A model generated the notes under the pieces. It searched no databases, had not been told where the DNA came from, and saw only the letters and a list, made by a program, of their open reading frames with translations. Below are positions 18,173 through 28,202 of a stretch of DNA of 62,365 nucleotides, piece after piece. A program made the position numbers and the translations under genes. Each line of letters begins with the position of its first letter. Within the stretch, counting starts at the first letter, position 1. Origin of the DNA: a virus. Its lineage: Duplodnaviria > Caudoviricetes. The stretch is taken from positions 1 through 62,365 of the IMG/VR virus record IMGVR_UViG_3300044632_002565; one strand, 5' to 3'.

Positions 18173-18234
18173 ACCCTTCTTTTTTTTGACTTGGAACACC
18201 CCCTTTTTAGTTTTCCTACCATTTATATTGATTA

Positions 18235-19581
18235 TTAGAGCGCAGACATTCTAACAACCAAGTTCTTTGCGTTTTCTGTGAATTTATTGTACATTTCACA
18301 CACGGAGTCCTCCAATTTTGAATTCAAATTTTCTAAAAAAGCTGGATTTTTCAATGTGTCCAATAAACTTGTGTTCACAACATCACTCTGAATTATATTT
18401 TCTGAATTCATTTTTTTTGTAAGTTCCTCTGATATTGAAGTTGAAATAAAATTTGTTAAAGATTCACAATTTCCCATAGCGGGTATGATTAGTGTTCCTT
18501 TAGTTTGAATATTTGTCAAAACTTTATTTTTCAAATCTTCATCGAGGCCAATTTTGGTTAGTAGTGAGATAATCAGAGGTTCAGATATCGCACCAATCAT
18601 GCCTTCCATACTTTTCCCATATAAATTCTGAAAAATATCAGTTAGATTTTCTTTTATCAAACCAAGCTCTAATAATTCGGAGGATTCTTTTAGAAATCTG
18701 AAACCAAATCTGACCTTTTTAACTCTATTCATAGTTTCAAACTCAGACAAATTTTCTATTACAATTTTCAATCTACTTTCACATATTTTACCAAGAATCA
18801 CTTTGTTTTCCTTTAGTCTTTTTGTTTCCACCAAAACTTCTTTCACGAGTGAATTCAAATTTTTGTTTTCAATTAGAGGTAAATTTACAATCTTATATTT
18901 TCCCTTATCTTTATCTCTTTGAGCATAGTTTGCAAGTGTTTGTAACATTGTATTTATTTCCTGTTTAGTTTTCCTATTGAGTTTTTTCATGTTTTCCTGT
19001 CTTGCACATTTGGACACACTATTTTTAACAACATCGTGAAATTGACCTAAATCAGGTCCTGGAGCGTTTTTTGAATACTGAAAGAATAACTTGATTGCTG
19101 CTATACAGTCTTTAGTCTTTATTTCTTGTAATGGACTATTCTTGGCCGCATTCAAGGCATCTTTAAGAGTTGGGTCAATTGACTCTTCACCGTCTGTGTT
19201 TTGGTTATTTTGATTTGTATTTTTATCATTTGTTTGATTTGGTACAGGTGGTTTTGTGGATTTTGATAATTCGGCTTGCAACGGTCTACAAGTCCATATG
19301 TGAAATTCTTGAGGATTTAGGGTTTTGATTATTTTTCCTAATTGTTGTAATCCTCGGCTGTCTTTATTGTTGACATCGGGTTCAAATGTTATTTGCCAAT
19401 CCGCCTTTGATTCATTACCCTTAGCAAATAGAACCACATTACCATCTTTTTCTTGTGGTGTTTCAGGATTTATTGTTAAATCCAAACTATCAAAACAACC
19501 CAACTCAATTGCTTTGGTCAGATTTGTTGTTTTAGTTTGTTTATCTGTAGCTTGTTCTTTTAATATTCTTTTATATTTCAT
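18235..19581 (-). CDS. Putative virion/internal protein
   Basis: Last gene of 5-gene operon under TATTTAT; ILKEQ leader, multiple LxE motifs. Confidence 0.65.
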   Translation of the reverse strand: MKYKRILKEQATDKQTKTTNLTKAIELGCFDSLDLTINPETPQEKDGNVVLFAKGNESKADWQITFEPDVNNKDSRGLQQLGKIIKTLNPQEFHIWTCRPLQAELSKSTKPPVPNQTNDKNTNQNNQNTDGEESIDPTLKDALNAAKNSPLQEIKTKDCIAAIKLFFQYSKNAPGPDLGQFHDVVKNSVSKCARQENMKKLNRKTKQEINTMLQTLANYAQRDKDKGKYKIVNLPLIENKNLNSLVKEVLVETKRLKENKVILGKICESRLKIVIENLSEFETMNRVKKVRFGFRFLKESSELLELGLIKENLTDIFQNLYGKSMEGMIGAISEPLIISLLTKIGLDEDLKNKVLTNIQTKGTLIIPAMGNCESLTNFISTSISEELTKKMNSENIIQSDVVNTSLLDTLKNPAFLENLNSKLEDSVCEMYNKFTENAKNLVVRMSAL

Positions 19582-19583
19582 AA

Positions 19584-21059
19584 TTAAAATTTTGTTTTTT
19601 GATTCGAAAATTCTGGTTTTGGTGTTTGTTGTTGCACAACGGGTGATGGAGTTGGTGTGGGAGGTTTCGGTGGTTCGGGTCCAGGTCCTGGCCTTTTTTC
19701 GTTTTGGGATAAAAGTAATTGATAGGTTTTTTTGTCTATAACACCACTTCCAGGTCTGTTCAAGGTGTATAAACCATTTGTACTTTGATAAATTTTCACC
19801 GCCTTTTCCATATATGGCCCAAACTTATCATCTGTTGTTTCGGATTCACCATTACCCCTAAGTACATCAAACAAATATGATTGGAAAACTGGCATTTCTT
19901 GAATTTTACTTACGATAGGACCTGACATGCACTTGGTTATCTTTTTTTGACCTGAAAGAACCTCTTTTTCGGTTGGGGCATTTGAATATGCCTTGCATGA
20001 TTTTATATCAGGTTGTTTTTGAGTTTTTTTCTTTGTATCTTCTTGACCATTACCGTCGTCGTCTTCGCTTTCTTCATTACCTCCCAAAGCCTCTTTAGGG
20101 TCATAAACTTTTCCATTATCCCATTTTATGATAAAAGAAGTATTGTCGTCTGCACACTCCCATTTTCCTTTTTTAATTATTTTTTCACCTTCTCTTGTCC
20201 TGTGATAAGCGGTGTAATCCTCATCAAAAGCATATTCGGTTTTTTCTCCGTTTACTCTTTCACTAATTGCAACCCATGTCTGAGGTTTATTCAATTTATA
20301 AGATAGTAAAACATAACCATTGTCATTCAAAAAAACATTTATACACTTCCAAACATCATCTTTAATTTTTTCTTTTGCACCTCCACCTCCTCCACCATCT
20401 TGGTCATCAGAAATTTTTGTAACATTACGCTCAACCTGAATATTATTATTATTCATAATTCTGAATCTACCTTTGATTACTTTTCCATCAGCATCTTTGA
20501 TAAAATCTAAATCATACTTTTCATCTCTCGACTTGAAGTTATCGCCATTTTGAATTAGAAGTACTCTTCCTACAATTAGTTTATAGTATAAGTTGTCATT
20601 TTCGGCATCTATATTGTAAACTTCAAAGGTTTCATCATCTTGATAATCTCCCGCATAAGGTTCCAATTTAGGTTTTCTTTTCAAAGCATAATTTCTCGAA
20701 AATTTTCTTTTGTCGTTCGTTATAAGGATAAGGTTTTTTCTATTTCTTTCACCATCTTTCAACCTCCTTTCCATAATAGTTTCCCAAACATATTTTATGT
20801 ACTCTTTTTTAAAAAAGAGTTTTCTGAAGTATTCTAAACTTTGTAAAAAATCAGTAGTAGTCCCTCGCAGTGGAAATTGGATTTTATCGGTTGGATTTTC
20901 TTTGTTATAATCCAATATATCATTGTAAAGTGTTCGAACTCTTTCCTCATTTTTATTCAAATCCTCTCCAGTAAGTTTACGCAACTCCTCTTCGAAATTT
21001 TGGAAAATATCTACCCAATTTACTGGTGGTATATCTATTTGTTCAGAAAGATTTTTCAT
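19584..21059 (-). CDS. Putative virion protein with C-terminal peptidoglycan-binding-like domain
   Basis: DDKFGPYMEKAVKIYQSTNGL...GVIDKKT; Pro-rich tail. Confidence 0.6.
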   Translation of the reverse strand: MKNLSEQIDIPPVNWVDIFQNFEEELRKLTGEDLNKNEERVRTLYNDILDYNKENPTDKIQFPLRGTTTDFLQSLEYFRKLFFKKEYIKYVWETIMERRLKDGERNRKNLILITNDKRKFSRNYALKRKPKLEPYAGDYQDDETFEVYNIDAENDNLYYKLIVGRVLLIQNGDNFKSRDEKYDLDFIKDADGKVIKGRFRIMNNNNIQVERNVTKISDDQDGGGGGGAKEKIKDDVWKCINVFLNDNGYVLLSYKLNKPQTWVAISERVNGEKTEYAFDEDYTAYHRTREGEKIIKKGKWECADDNTSFIIKWDNGKVYDPKEALGGNEESEDDDGNGQEDTKKKTQKQPDIKSCKAYSNAPTEKEVLSGQKKITKCMSGPIVSKIQEMPVFQSYLFDVLRGNGESETTDDKFGPYMEKAVKIYQSTNGLYTLNRPGSGVIDKKTYQLLLSQNEKRPGPGPEPPKPPTPTPSPVVQQQTPKPEFSNQKTKF

Positions 21060-22921
21060 TATTGTTGTTCTAATTCTAATGCAACACTATCTGCATCAGG
21101 TAGTTTAATATTATCAGCATTTACTTCACCATTTGATTCTTCCTCGGTGACTTTTTTCAATTCCTTTTGTTTTTCTTCGGATTTACCAATTATTGGTTTT
21201 ATGTCAGGTCTAAATGCACCGATGGTATAAGGTAAGTTTGCAACAAATCCCCAAGCTTGTGCTACTACTGGTAACGCGGTTGCTATGATTCCCGCATACC
21301 CCTTACTTACAATAGATTTTCTTAAAGCATCGGCAAACCCATCGGGTATGGCCATTGTTATAGCAGACCAACCTTCTCTTTCCATTTCTGACTGCTCAGC
21401 AAGATAAGGACACCATCCCTCTTCAGCTACACCCGTGTCGGGGTTTACTTTATACATTAGACTGGGTACCCAAACAGAAATCATTTCACAAACTTCTGTT
21501 ATAATTTTACCGATTGGTTTGATTACAAATTCTTTGAAAATTTCCCCTCCTACGCTCAGTATAAAACCTGCTGCCGATGCAACTGAAGTCCAAACTACAC
21601 CTTCACCTAAAGCCGACCAAAATCTTGGATTTTTGGAAAGTAATTTATTTTTTGCCGCAATTTGATATAACGTATCAAAGCCAGACCACGATTGTGTCCA
21701 AAACCAAGTCCCAATATTCGTTTCAGGATTTAACAAGTCTTTCACAATTGTTTTCCATTTTAGGGTAAAGAAATCCAATAAGAATTTAGAAATAGTTTTT
21801 ATAAAATTTCTACCAGCACTTACCACAGATTCCCAAATATTGGTACGTACTGAACTCTTTGCCGATGCAAAACATTCATTGAAATATTTGAAAAAATCAT
21901 CTTGATTATTTCTGAAATGTGCAACTATATCATCAGGTAAACCTGAATCTTCCAAAATTTGTATTGCGTCGTCACCAAATTTTAACTTAGCCTTTCTTAA
22001 AATTATAGAAACTTGTTGAGCATAAGCAGCACTTAAAGTGTCCAATGTTTCTTTCTGAGCTTCCGCAGGTAATTTAGAAGCCCTAATAACATCGTCAGCA
22101 TATGCCTCCATATATCCCAAAACCGTAGATTCATAATCTTGTAATGTTTTTCCCCAACTTTTGAAAATACTTGTGAAAAGGGTATTTCTCTTTCCCAAAA
22201 ATCTTTTCAAATAATTTATACGGGGTTCACTCAACGGAATTACTTTACCAGGAGCTTTTTTAACTACACGAGTTTTAAAATTCAGAGGGTTCTCATCAAA
22301 TTCTTTTAATCTTTTTTCAAATGTTGGAAGCAAAGTTTCTAAATCGAAAGTGTCATCAACTAGCCCAACACCACGTAACCAATCTGACAAATTCCACTCT
22401 CTACCCTCACTAAAGGCTTTTTTTCTAGCGTTGGACATCCATCTATAAAATGCTTTTTCAGACTTCAATGCGTCTGGGAATAAATCTGAGGTCTGTTTGA
22501 ACCAACTTTTCATAAATTCATTATAAAATTCATTTGCGTAGTCATCACCTAATGTCTGTAATAAACTTCTAATTCTACCTCTAAACATTTCTTCAGTTTC
22601 ATTACCTATTTTATTTGTAAATTGTTGATATGCTCGCATGAATTCATCACCTTCAGCATTCAATAATTTATAATACATGTTGTAAACATCTTCAGGTACA
22701 CTTCTCCCTGCAATTTTGAAAACGTTGGTTCTAACACCATTTTGAGTGATAATTTCTTCAATACTAGGGTTCAAAATTTTTCTTACTGTACCTCTCAAAC
22801 TTTTGAAAATTGGGGCAAAAAGGTTTTGCATTTGTTCATTCAAAGGGAACAAACCCATTATCTCTCTCATCCTATTTATATCCTCATTTAAGATATTTTG
22901 TTTTCTATATGAATTTTTCAT
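21059..22921 (-). CDS. Putative virion (ejection-type) helical protein
   Basis: ILNEDINRMREIMGL..LNEQ leader; C-terminal hydrophobic Gly/Ala helices. Confidence 0.6.
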   Translation of the reverse strand: MKNSYRKQNILNEDINRMREIMGLFPLNEQMQNLFAPIFKSLRGTVRKILNPSIEEIITQNGVRTNVFKIAGRSVPEDVYNMYYKLLNAEGDEFMRAYQQFTNKIGNETEEMFRGRIRSLLQTLGDDYANEFYNEFMKSWFKQTSDLFPDALKSEKAFYRWMSNARKKAFSEGREWNLSDWLRGVGLVDDTFDLETLLPTFEKRLKEFDENPLNFKTRVVKKAPGKVIPLSEPRINYLKRFLGKRNTLFTSIFKSWGKTLQDYESTVLGYMEAYADDVIRASKLPAEAQKETLDTLSAAYAQQVSIILRKAKLKFGDDAIQILEDSGLPDDIVAHFRNNQDDFFKYFNECFASAKSSVRTNIWESVVSAGRNFIKTISKFLLDFFTLKWKTIVKDLLNPETNIGTWFWTQSWSGFDTLYQIAAKNKLLSKNPRFWSALGEGVVWTSVASAAGFILSVGGEIFKEFVIKPIGKIITEVCEMISVWVPSLMYKVNPDTGVAEEGWCPYLAEQSEMEREGWSAITMAIPDGFADALRKSIVSKGYAGIIATALPVVAQAWGFVANLPYTIGAFRPDIKPIIGKSEEKQKELKKVTEEESNGEVNADNIKLPDADSVALELEQQ

Positions 22922-22928
22922 TGCCTCA

Positions 22929-24617
22929 TTATTTTTTCTTAGGTTTTATGAAAAGTTTTGTACCAATAAATATTGTTTCATTACTAATCTCTTCATCTTC
23001 ATTGAAGTCTTTATATTGTTTATAACCCAAATCCGTATATTTTTTGATATTTTTTGGTGTGTCAGCTATTTCAGTTTCCAAAGTATCTCCTTTTTCAGGG
23101 TCCTCTTGAAACTCTATGTATTCCTCAGGACCAATAATATCTTTCATGTGGGTATTGACGACTTTTGAAATAGTTGAGTCGAAGTGTTTCCCTTTTTCTG
23201 GTAATTGGGTTTTGAACCTTTCTACAACCTCTGGAACTTTTTCTGGATGGTTTGCAAGATTATATTCAAATTCTTTTTTGTGAGACTCTGGAATTGTACG
23301 ATATACACTCGCTAAAACCATTTTCTCCTCGTCGTTGAGTTGTCTACCTAAAAAAACTTCAACTCCCAAACCAAGTACAGCGATAAAACCGGCCCATCCA
23401 AGTTCTTTAGCCATCACACTTTTCAGAAATGAAATTCTCCAAAATTGTTCAGGAGTTTGACCAACAGTTTTAGCTGCTAAATTCACAAGAGCCTTAGGGT
23501 TTTCAACAAATTCTTTTATAGTTTTTTCAATCAATTCTTTTGTCAAATCATCTCCACCATTGAATATTTGTGTAAACAATCTTTGTTTTTCTAATCCCAA
23601 AGGACCACTTTCTGCTAATTCTTTATAAAATTTCATGACATCGTCTGAAGTTTCCAAAGTAACTTTACTTAGGTCATCAGCTAAAGAATTGAAAACTTCG
23701 GGTTTAACTCCTCTGAATGCGGTACTACCTCTAAGAAGTGGAATACCAGACAGAAGAAAAGTTAAAACCCCTGAAACATTATTACCTTTTTGAAATTCTC
23801 GAACTCCAACTACACCACCAATTCCAACCACACTAAATAAACTCTCCATAATCCACGCTTGAGCGGCTGAAAGGCCATACCTAGCTGATAACCCCCTTGT
23901 CAAAATTGCAAGACCCACAAACGCAAGTATTTGTTTCCACCAAGAAAAATTATCCGCAAATTTTTGATAAGCGTTTCGAGAATCAGTGGGTTCTTCATAC
24001 CAAGGACCACTACCTTTTATACCACCAAGATAATAACCTGTGAAATGCCAAGTTTTATCTTTTTGTTGGGTTATAATACATTTATATTCTTCAGAATCAT
24101 TTGACAGTTGAAATTTAAAAACAGTATCAACAGGCAATATATCCCTCATATTATTAAATAATAGGTCTCTATAAGCATTTTTTTCTTGTTCGGTTGCGGT
24201 TGGACTTAATGGAAATTTTTTTGCTAAGTAATCGGCCGTTGCTTTCCAATCTGTAGGATTAGTAAAGCTTATCGTTGCATTCTGAGGAATCCAAATTCCA
24301 ACTTTTTCTGAGGATGAAACATTTTGTTCTGGTCTTGCATATCTACAATATCCTTGATAACCTGTAGCTTCCCCTTCGTCAACTTTAACAGCCATATTGG
24401 GATATTTGCAGTAGTTTGGATATTCTTCTGGGTTATATTCTTCGGGGGCTTCTGTTGGAGGATTCGCAGGTGCTCCTGGAGTGCCAGCCCATACACCCCC
24501 CATTTGTTCGGTAATAGATTGTTTATTCTCAGTCAAAGTTTTTTTGGAATCATATTTCATTTTCAATAAAATTGATTCCAAACTTTCCTTTGGTGTAAAA
24601 TTTTTATTTTTTTTCAT
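22929..24617 (-). CDS. Putative virion (ejection-type) protein with TM helices
   Basis: LTENKQSITEQ leader; several hydrophobic segments. Confidence 0.6.
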   Translation of the reverse strand: MKKNKNFTPKESLESILLKMKYDSKKTLTENKQSITEQMGGVWAGTPGAPANPPTEAPEEYNPEEYPNYCKYPNMAVKVDEGEATGYQGYCRYARPEQNVSSSEKVGIWIPQNATISFTNPTDWKATADYLAKKFPLSPTATEQEKNAYRDLLFNNMRDILPVDTVFKFQLSNDSEEYKCIITQQKDKTWHFTGYYLGGIKGSGPWYEEPTDSRNAYQKFADNFSWWKQILAFVGLAILTRGLSARYGLSAAQAWIMESLFSVVGIGGVVGVREFQKGNNVSGVLTFLLSGIPLLRGSTAFRGVKPEVFNSLADDLSKVTLETSDDVMKFYKELAESGPLGLEKQRLFTQIFNGGDDLTKELIEKTIKEFVENPKALVNLAAKTVGQTPEQFWRISFLKSVMAKELGWAGFIAVLGLGVEVFLGRQLNDEEKMVLASVYRTIPESHKKEFEYNLANHPEKVPEVVERFKTQLPEKGKHFDSTISKVVNTHMKDIIGPEEYIEFQEDPEKGDTLETEIADTPKNIKKYTDLGYKQYKDFNEDEEISNETIFIGTKLFIKPKKK

Positions 24618-24868
24618 GCGGTTCCCAATTTATTTGCAACCCCTCTGGCAGGTCCACCATGGATTTGAGCCCAAAATTGTCCTTTTTTCGGTAGACTATT
24701 TGCGACACCTCTTCTCGGTCCTCCAACAGTATCGGCCCATTTAGAAGGATTATTACCCTTACCACCTGTTCCACCACCGGCAGCATCTTGTTCTCCCATC
24801 TCCATTTTGGAAGAATTTGTAGTATTTTTCTCAAAAAATTTAATCAGATTTTCTACGTCCAAGTTCAT
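24614..24868 (-). CDS. Small Gly-rich protein with W-x(7-8)-RGVAN-x-L repeat
   Basis: WADTVGGPRRGVANSL and WAQIHGGPARGVANKL. Confidence 0.7.
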   Translation of the reverse strand: MNLDVENLIKFFEKNTTNSSKMEMGEQDAAGGGTGGKGNNPSKWADTVGGPRRGVANSLPKKGQFWAQIHGGPARGVANKLGTA

Positions 24869-24922
24869 TATGATAAATACTATGAATTTTCGCTTTTTTT
24901 GGTAATTAAACTACCTTCACAT

Positions 24923-25225
24923 TCAATAAAAATCGGCTTTAGGTAAATCTTGTGGATTTATTGTATAATATTCGTTCAAGAAAATAATTAGTTCATCTTC
25001 ATCTAACTCTATTTTATCAAACTCTCCATCCTCAGATTCCTCAAATTCATCATCAAAGAAATCAAACGATTCAGTAACCAAATCAAATCCATAATCTTGA
25101 ACAAATGTATAGTCAATATTGTCAGTTCTAAGAACATCATCATTATCTTCTATTGTTCTAAAAGATACCTCCAAAATGTTTGCATCACTATTTAAAAAAT
25201 AGGATACTATCTCTTTGATTTCCAT
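24923..25225 (-). CDS. Acidic hypothetical protein
   Basis: 100-aa D/E-rich ORF. Confidence 0.7.
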   Translation of the reverse strand: MEIKEIVSYFLNSDANILEVSFRTIEDNDDVLRTDNIDYTFVQDYGFDLVTESFDFFDDEFEESEDGEFDKIELDEDELIIFLNEYYTINPQDLPKADFY

Positions 25226-25343
25226 ATACCAAGTAATTTATATACAAATATTCTAAAACAAAGTAAAAAACGTATCTTAGAGAAAAAAATAATATTTTTT
25301 TTCGTCTACATATTCTTATATTTTATAAAACAAAGTTTATCAA

Positions 25344-25925
25344 ATGAGATTTAATTCACTAACTATAGATAATTTCTATGAAAACCCTACCGAAGTACGA
25401 GATTTTGCTTTAAAACAAGAATTCAAAGTTAGAGGTAACTATCCAGGTCAAAGGACAGTTTCTTTCCTGAACGAACCTTTGAAAAATAAGTTCAGAGAGA
25501 TTCTTTCCCCATTCGCAGGAGACATTGTATGGTGGGGTGGTGAATACACCGGCTCGTTCCAATATACAGTTGCTGCAGACCGTTCTTGGATTCATGCAGA
25601 CTCCACAACCGATTGGGCAGCACTTATATATTTGACACCAGATGCCCCACTTAGTTCAGGTACAGGAATTTTTAGACATAAAGCCACTGGTTGGCAACAT
25701 TTCGACTACAAAAGAGAAAACGAACCTGGTTACAAAGAAGCCGCACCTCCAGGTTCAGATTGCCAAGATTATACAAAATGGGAAATGGTAGATAGAATAG
25801 GAAATGTTTTCAATAGATGTGTTATGTACAGAGCAGATAACTATCACGTTTCTTTGGATTATTTTGGTAAAGATATGTATGATGGTAGATTATTTCAGGT
25901 CTTTTTTTTCAATACTGAACGTTAG
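25344..25925 (+). CDS. DUF6445-like 2OG-Fe(II) oxygenase-fold protein
   Basis: IDNFYENP..VR, YPGQR, HxD (IHAD), distal H, RLFQVFFF. Confidence 0.75.
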   Translation: MRFNSLTIDNFYENPTEVRDFALKQEFKVRGNYPGQRTVSFLNEPLKNKFREILSPFAGDIVWWGGEYTGSFQYTVAADRSWIHADSTTDWAALIYLTPDAPLSSGTGIFRHKATGWQHFDYKRENEPGYKEAAPPGSDCQDYTKWEMVDRIGNVFNRCVMYRADNYHVSLDYFGKDMYDGRLFQVFFFNTER

Positions 25926-26392
25926 TCCAATTTCGATTCCAAATCCAAAACATATTTAAAATCTAAGTCACCAATAACCTGAACGAATCCTTCAGGGCAA
26001 TAACAATAATTGAGAGTACAACTAACTCGGTTATAGTGATAGAATGAAGCGAAAATTGGAGTATAAAATTGTCTACGATAAACAAATTCGATTGGGTCGA
26101 AGGTGGGCTTGAAAAGCATGTTCCCGTGGATGTTCGTATCCATGAGGAAATCAATACTTTCTTCAGCATAAGATTCGAAGTAGGGTAAATCTAATTTATC
26201 AATAAAAGGTATCAAAGGATTTTCAAATCCCGATTTATTTTTTTTATCAAAATAAGAAAAATACGTCAACCTTGTTTTATTTTGTTCTTTTTGTACAAAA
26301 TGCCAAACATAGTGTTGATATTCCTTAGCAATTGAAGGGAAGTCTTTTACTGTTACCTTTTCTCGTACCATTTTATCGGAAATTTGCTCCAC
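25922..26392 (-). CDS. Hypothetical protein
   Basis: 156-aa ORF coupled to oxygenase gene. Confidence 0.6.
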   Translation of the reverse strand: MEQISDKMVREKVTVKDFPSIAKEYQHYVWHFVQKEQNKTRLTYFSYFDKKNKSGFENPLIPFIDKLDLPYFESYAEESIDFLMDTNIHGNMLFKPTFDPIEFVYRRQFYTPIFASFYHYNRVSCTLNYCYCPEGFVQVIGDLDFKYVLDLESKLD

Positions 26393-26966
26393 ATAGCCAC
26401 GTAACCAACGAACGTCTTGTTCCTGAGGTTAAAGGTTTTACTCTATGTAAAAGGAATGAAGGGAAAAAACATATCAATCCCAATTTTTTTGGAACTGTCA
26501 ATAAATTTCCACCAGGATTCATTTCCAATTCACCTCCTTCATATTCACTTGGGTCTGACAATTGGAGTACTACGGATAATTTTCTGTTAGAAATACCAGG
26601 TCCCAAATCCGCATGCCAGTCATAATGGCCACCATCACCGTAGTAAATGGTATACTGTAAGCTATCATGATAACCCCAAATGTCAAAATTCCACATCTCT
26701 TTATTTGCAATTTTGGCCAAATCAGAAATTTTCTTATAAATCCAGCCTGTTTCTGAATTGTCTCCAAGCCAAGATATATCGCTGATTCTGTAATCGTTTA
26801 CTATATTTTTGTCATCAGATACTGTTGTACCCTTTTCTTTTGGAGAATTATCTCCAATTTCTCTTATTTTGATGATTTCCTCGGGTGTAAATCCTTCCGT
26901 AAAGTAATAATAATTCAAATGATTTGTATTATTTCTTTGGTCCGCTAAAAAATAGTTTGATGACAT
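26373..26966 (-). CDS. 2OG-Fe(II) oxygenase (prolyl-hydroxylase-like)
   Basis: YDWHAD, RKLS, YEGGEL, FPSFLLHRVKPLTSGTRRSLVTW. Confidence 0.92.
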   Translation of the reverse strand: MSSNYFLADQRNNTNHLNYYYFTEGFTPEEIIKIREIGDNSPKEKGTTVSDDKNIVNDYRISDISWLGDNSETGWIYKKISDLAKIANKEMWNFDIWGYHDSLQYTIYYGDGGHYDWHADLGPGISNRKLSVVLQLSDPSEYEGGELEMNPGGNLLTVPKKLGLICFFPSFLLHRVKPLTSGTRRSLVTWLCGANFR

Positions 26967-27033
26967 TTTTAAAAATTTTTGTATATTAAAAATACATGTT
27001 TTTATCAATAAATTCAATCTAATTTTTTTTATA

Positions 27034-28188
27034 TTGAAAAAAAAATCAATAATCGACTGTTGTTTTATCTATGATGAGATAGAAATGCTAAAATTCAGGT
27101 TTACTGAGTTATATGATTTTGTTGACAATTTTATTGTGGTTGAAACCAATCGCGATTTCAACGGAGAAAAAAAAGATTTTAACTATGAAACAAAAGAAAT
27201 TTTTTTTCAAAATTGGTTAGATAAAATTATTTATTTGAAATGTGACCTTGATTCTTATCAAGAAGATTCAGATATCAAATTTCAAATATCAAAAATTCAG
27301 TCAGTCATTTTAAATCAGCTAAAAAGTATGAAGTTGGATTATGAAGATTACATACTTTTTTCTGAGGTTGATGAATTACCCCCAAAATTTAGCATAAATG
27401 ATTTGGATAAAATTTTGAGTTTCGAACCAATTGCTTTCTTACAGAAAAATTTTGTTTGTTCCACAGAATATGTCAACACAGAAAACCATTTGGGAACTTT
27501 TTGTTTTACTTTTTCACAATTCCTGAGAGAGAATAATATTATAGACAGTCTTTATTTTAACAAAAATATTATTCATTCAATTTATTACAGAATAGTCGAG
27601 GGTGGGTTTCATTTTTCGAAGTTTGGTAGTGTGGAATCAATAATCAAAAAAACTAACTTGATTGAAAAAAAAGAAATAACTTCGGATGAGGTGAGTAATT
27701 TCAAAAAAAACTTGAGATATTGGGATGATAATTTACCCTTTTTTAAAAACTACGAAGGACCATTACCACAAAATATAGATATCATTGAAAAACCTTTTTT
27801 TGAATCTATCGAACCGAAAAGAAATATAATAATATTGAATTTCAATCAGAATCTTGTTGATGTTTCTAAATTTTCTGAATTCACTAATATTTTAAATTTC
27901 AATTTTACAAAATCCTATGATTATCCACACAAAATAATTGTAACAGATTATTTGACCAATTTTAATATTTTCATACCTGAAAAAAAATTTTACAACTCTG
28001 AAAAATTTGAATTAGAATTTGGATTAAATGAAATAAAAAACGTTTTATCAAAATTAAATTGTCTAAATCAAGATATCTTTGAATTTTATATATATGATGA
28101 AATTTTTCACCTTGATGAGTTTACCGAACTTACTTGGCTTGACATAAAAAATAATCGAATTTATGATTTATTAAAAAACCCCTCATAA
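27034..28188 (+). CDS. Glycosyltransferase family 17-like protein
   Basis: IDCCFIYDEIEML.FR..EL...VDNFIVVE, SEVDELP, GFHFSKFG. Confidence 0.75.
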   Translation: MKKKSIIDCCFIYDEIEMLKFRFTELYDFVDNFIVVETNRDFNGEKKDFNYETKEIFFQNWLDKIIYLKCDLDSYQEDSDIKFQISKIQSVILNQLKSMKLDYEDYILFSEVDELPPKFSINDLDKILSFEPIAFLQKNFVCSTEYVNTENHLGTFCFTFSQFLRENNIIDSLYFNKNIIHSIYYRIVEGGFHFSKFGSVESIIKKTNLIEKKEITSDEVSNFKKNLRYWDDNLPFFKNYEGPLPQNIDIIEKPFFESIEPKRNIIILNFNQNLVDVSKFSEFTNILNFNFTKSYDYPHKIIVTDYLTNFNIFIPEKKFYNSEKFELEFGLNEIKNVLSKLNCLNQDIFEFYIYDEIFHLDEFTELTWLDIKNNRIYDLLKNPS

Positions 28189-28202
28189 GAGGGGTTTTTT
28201 TA

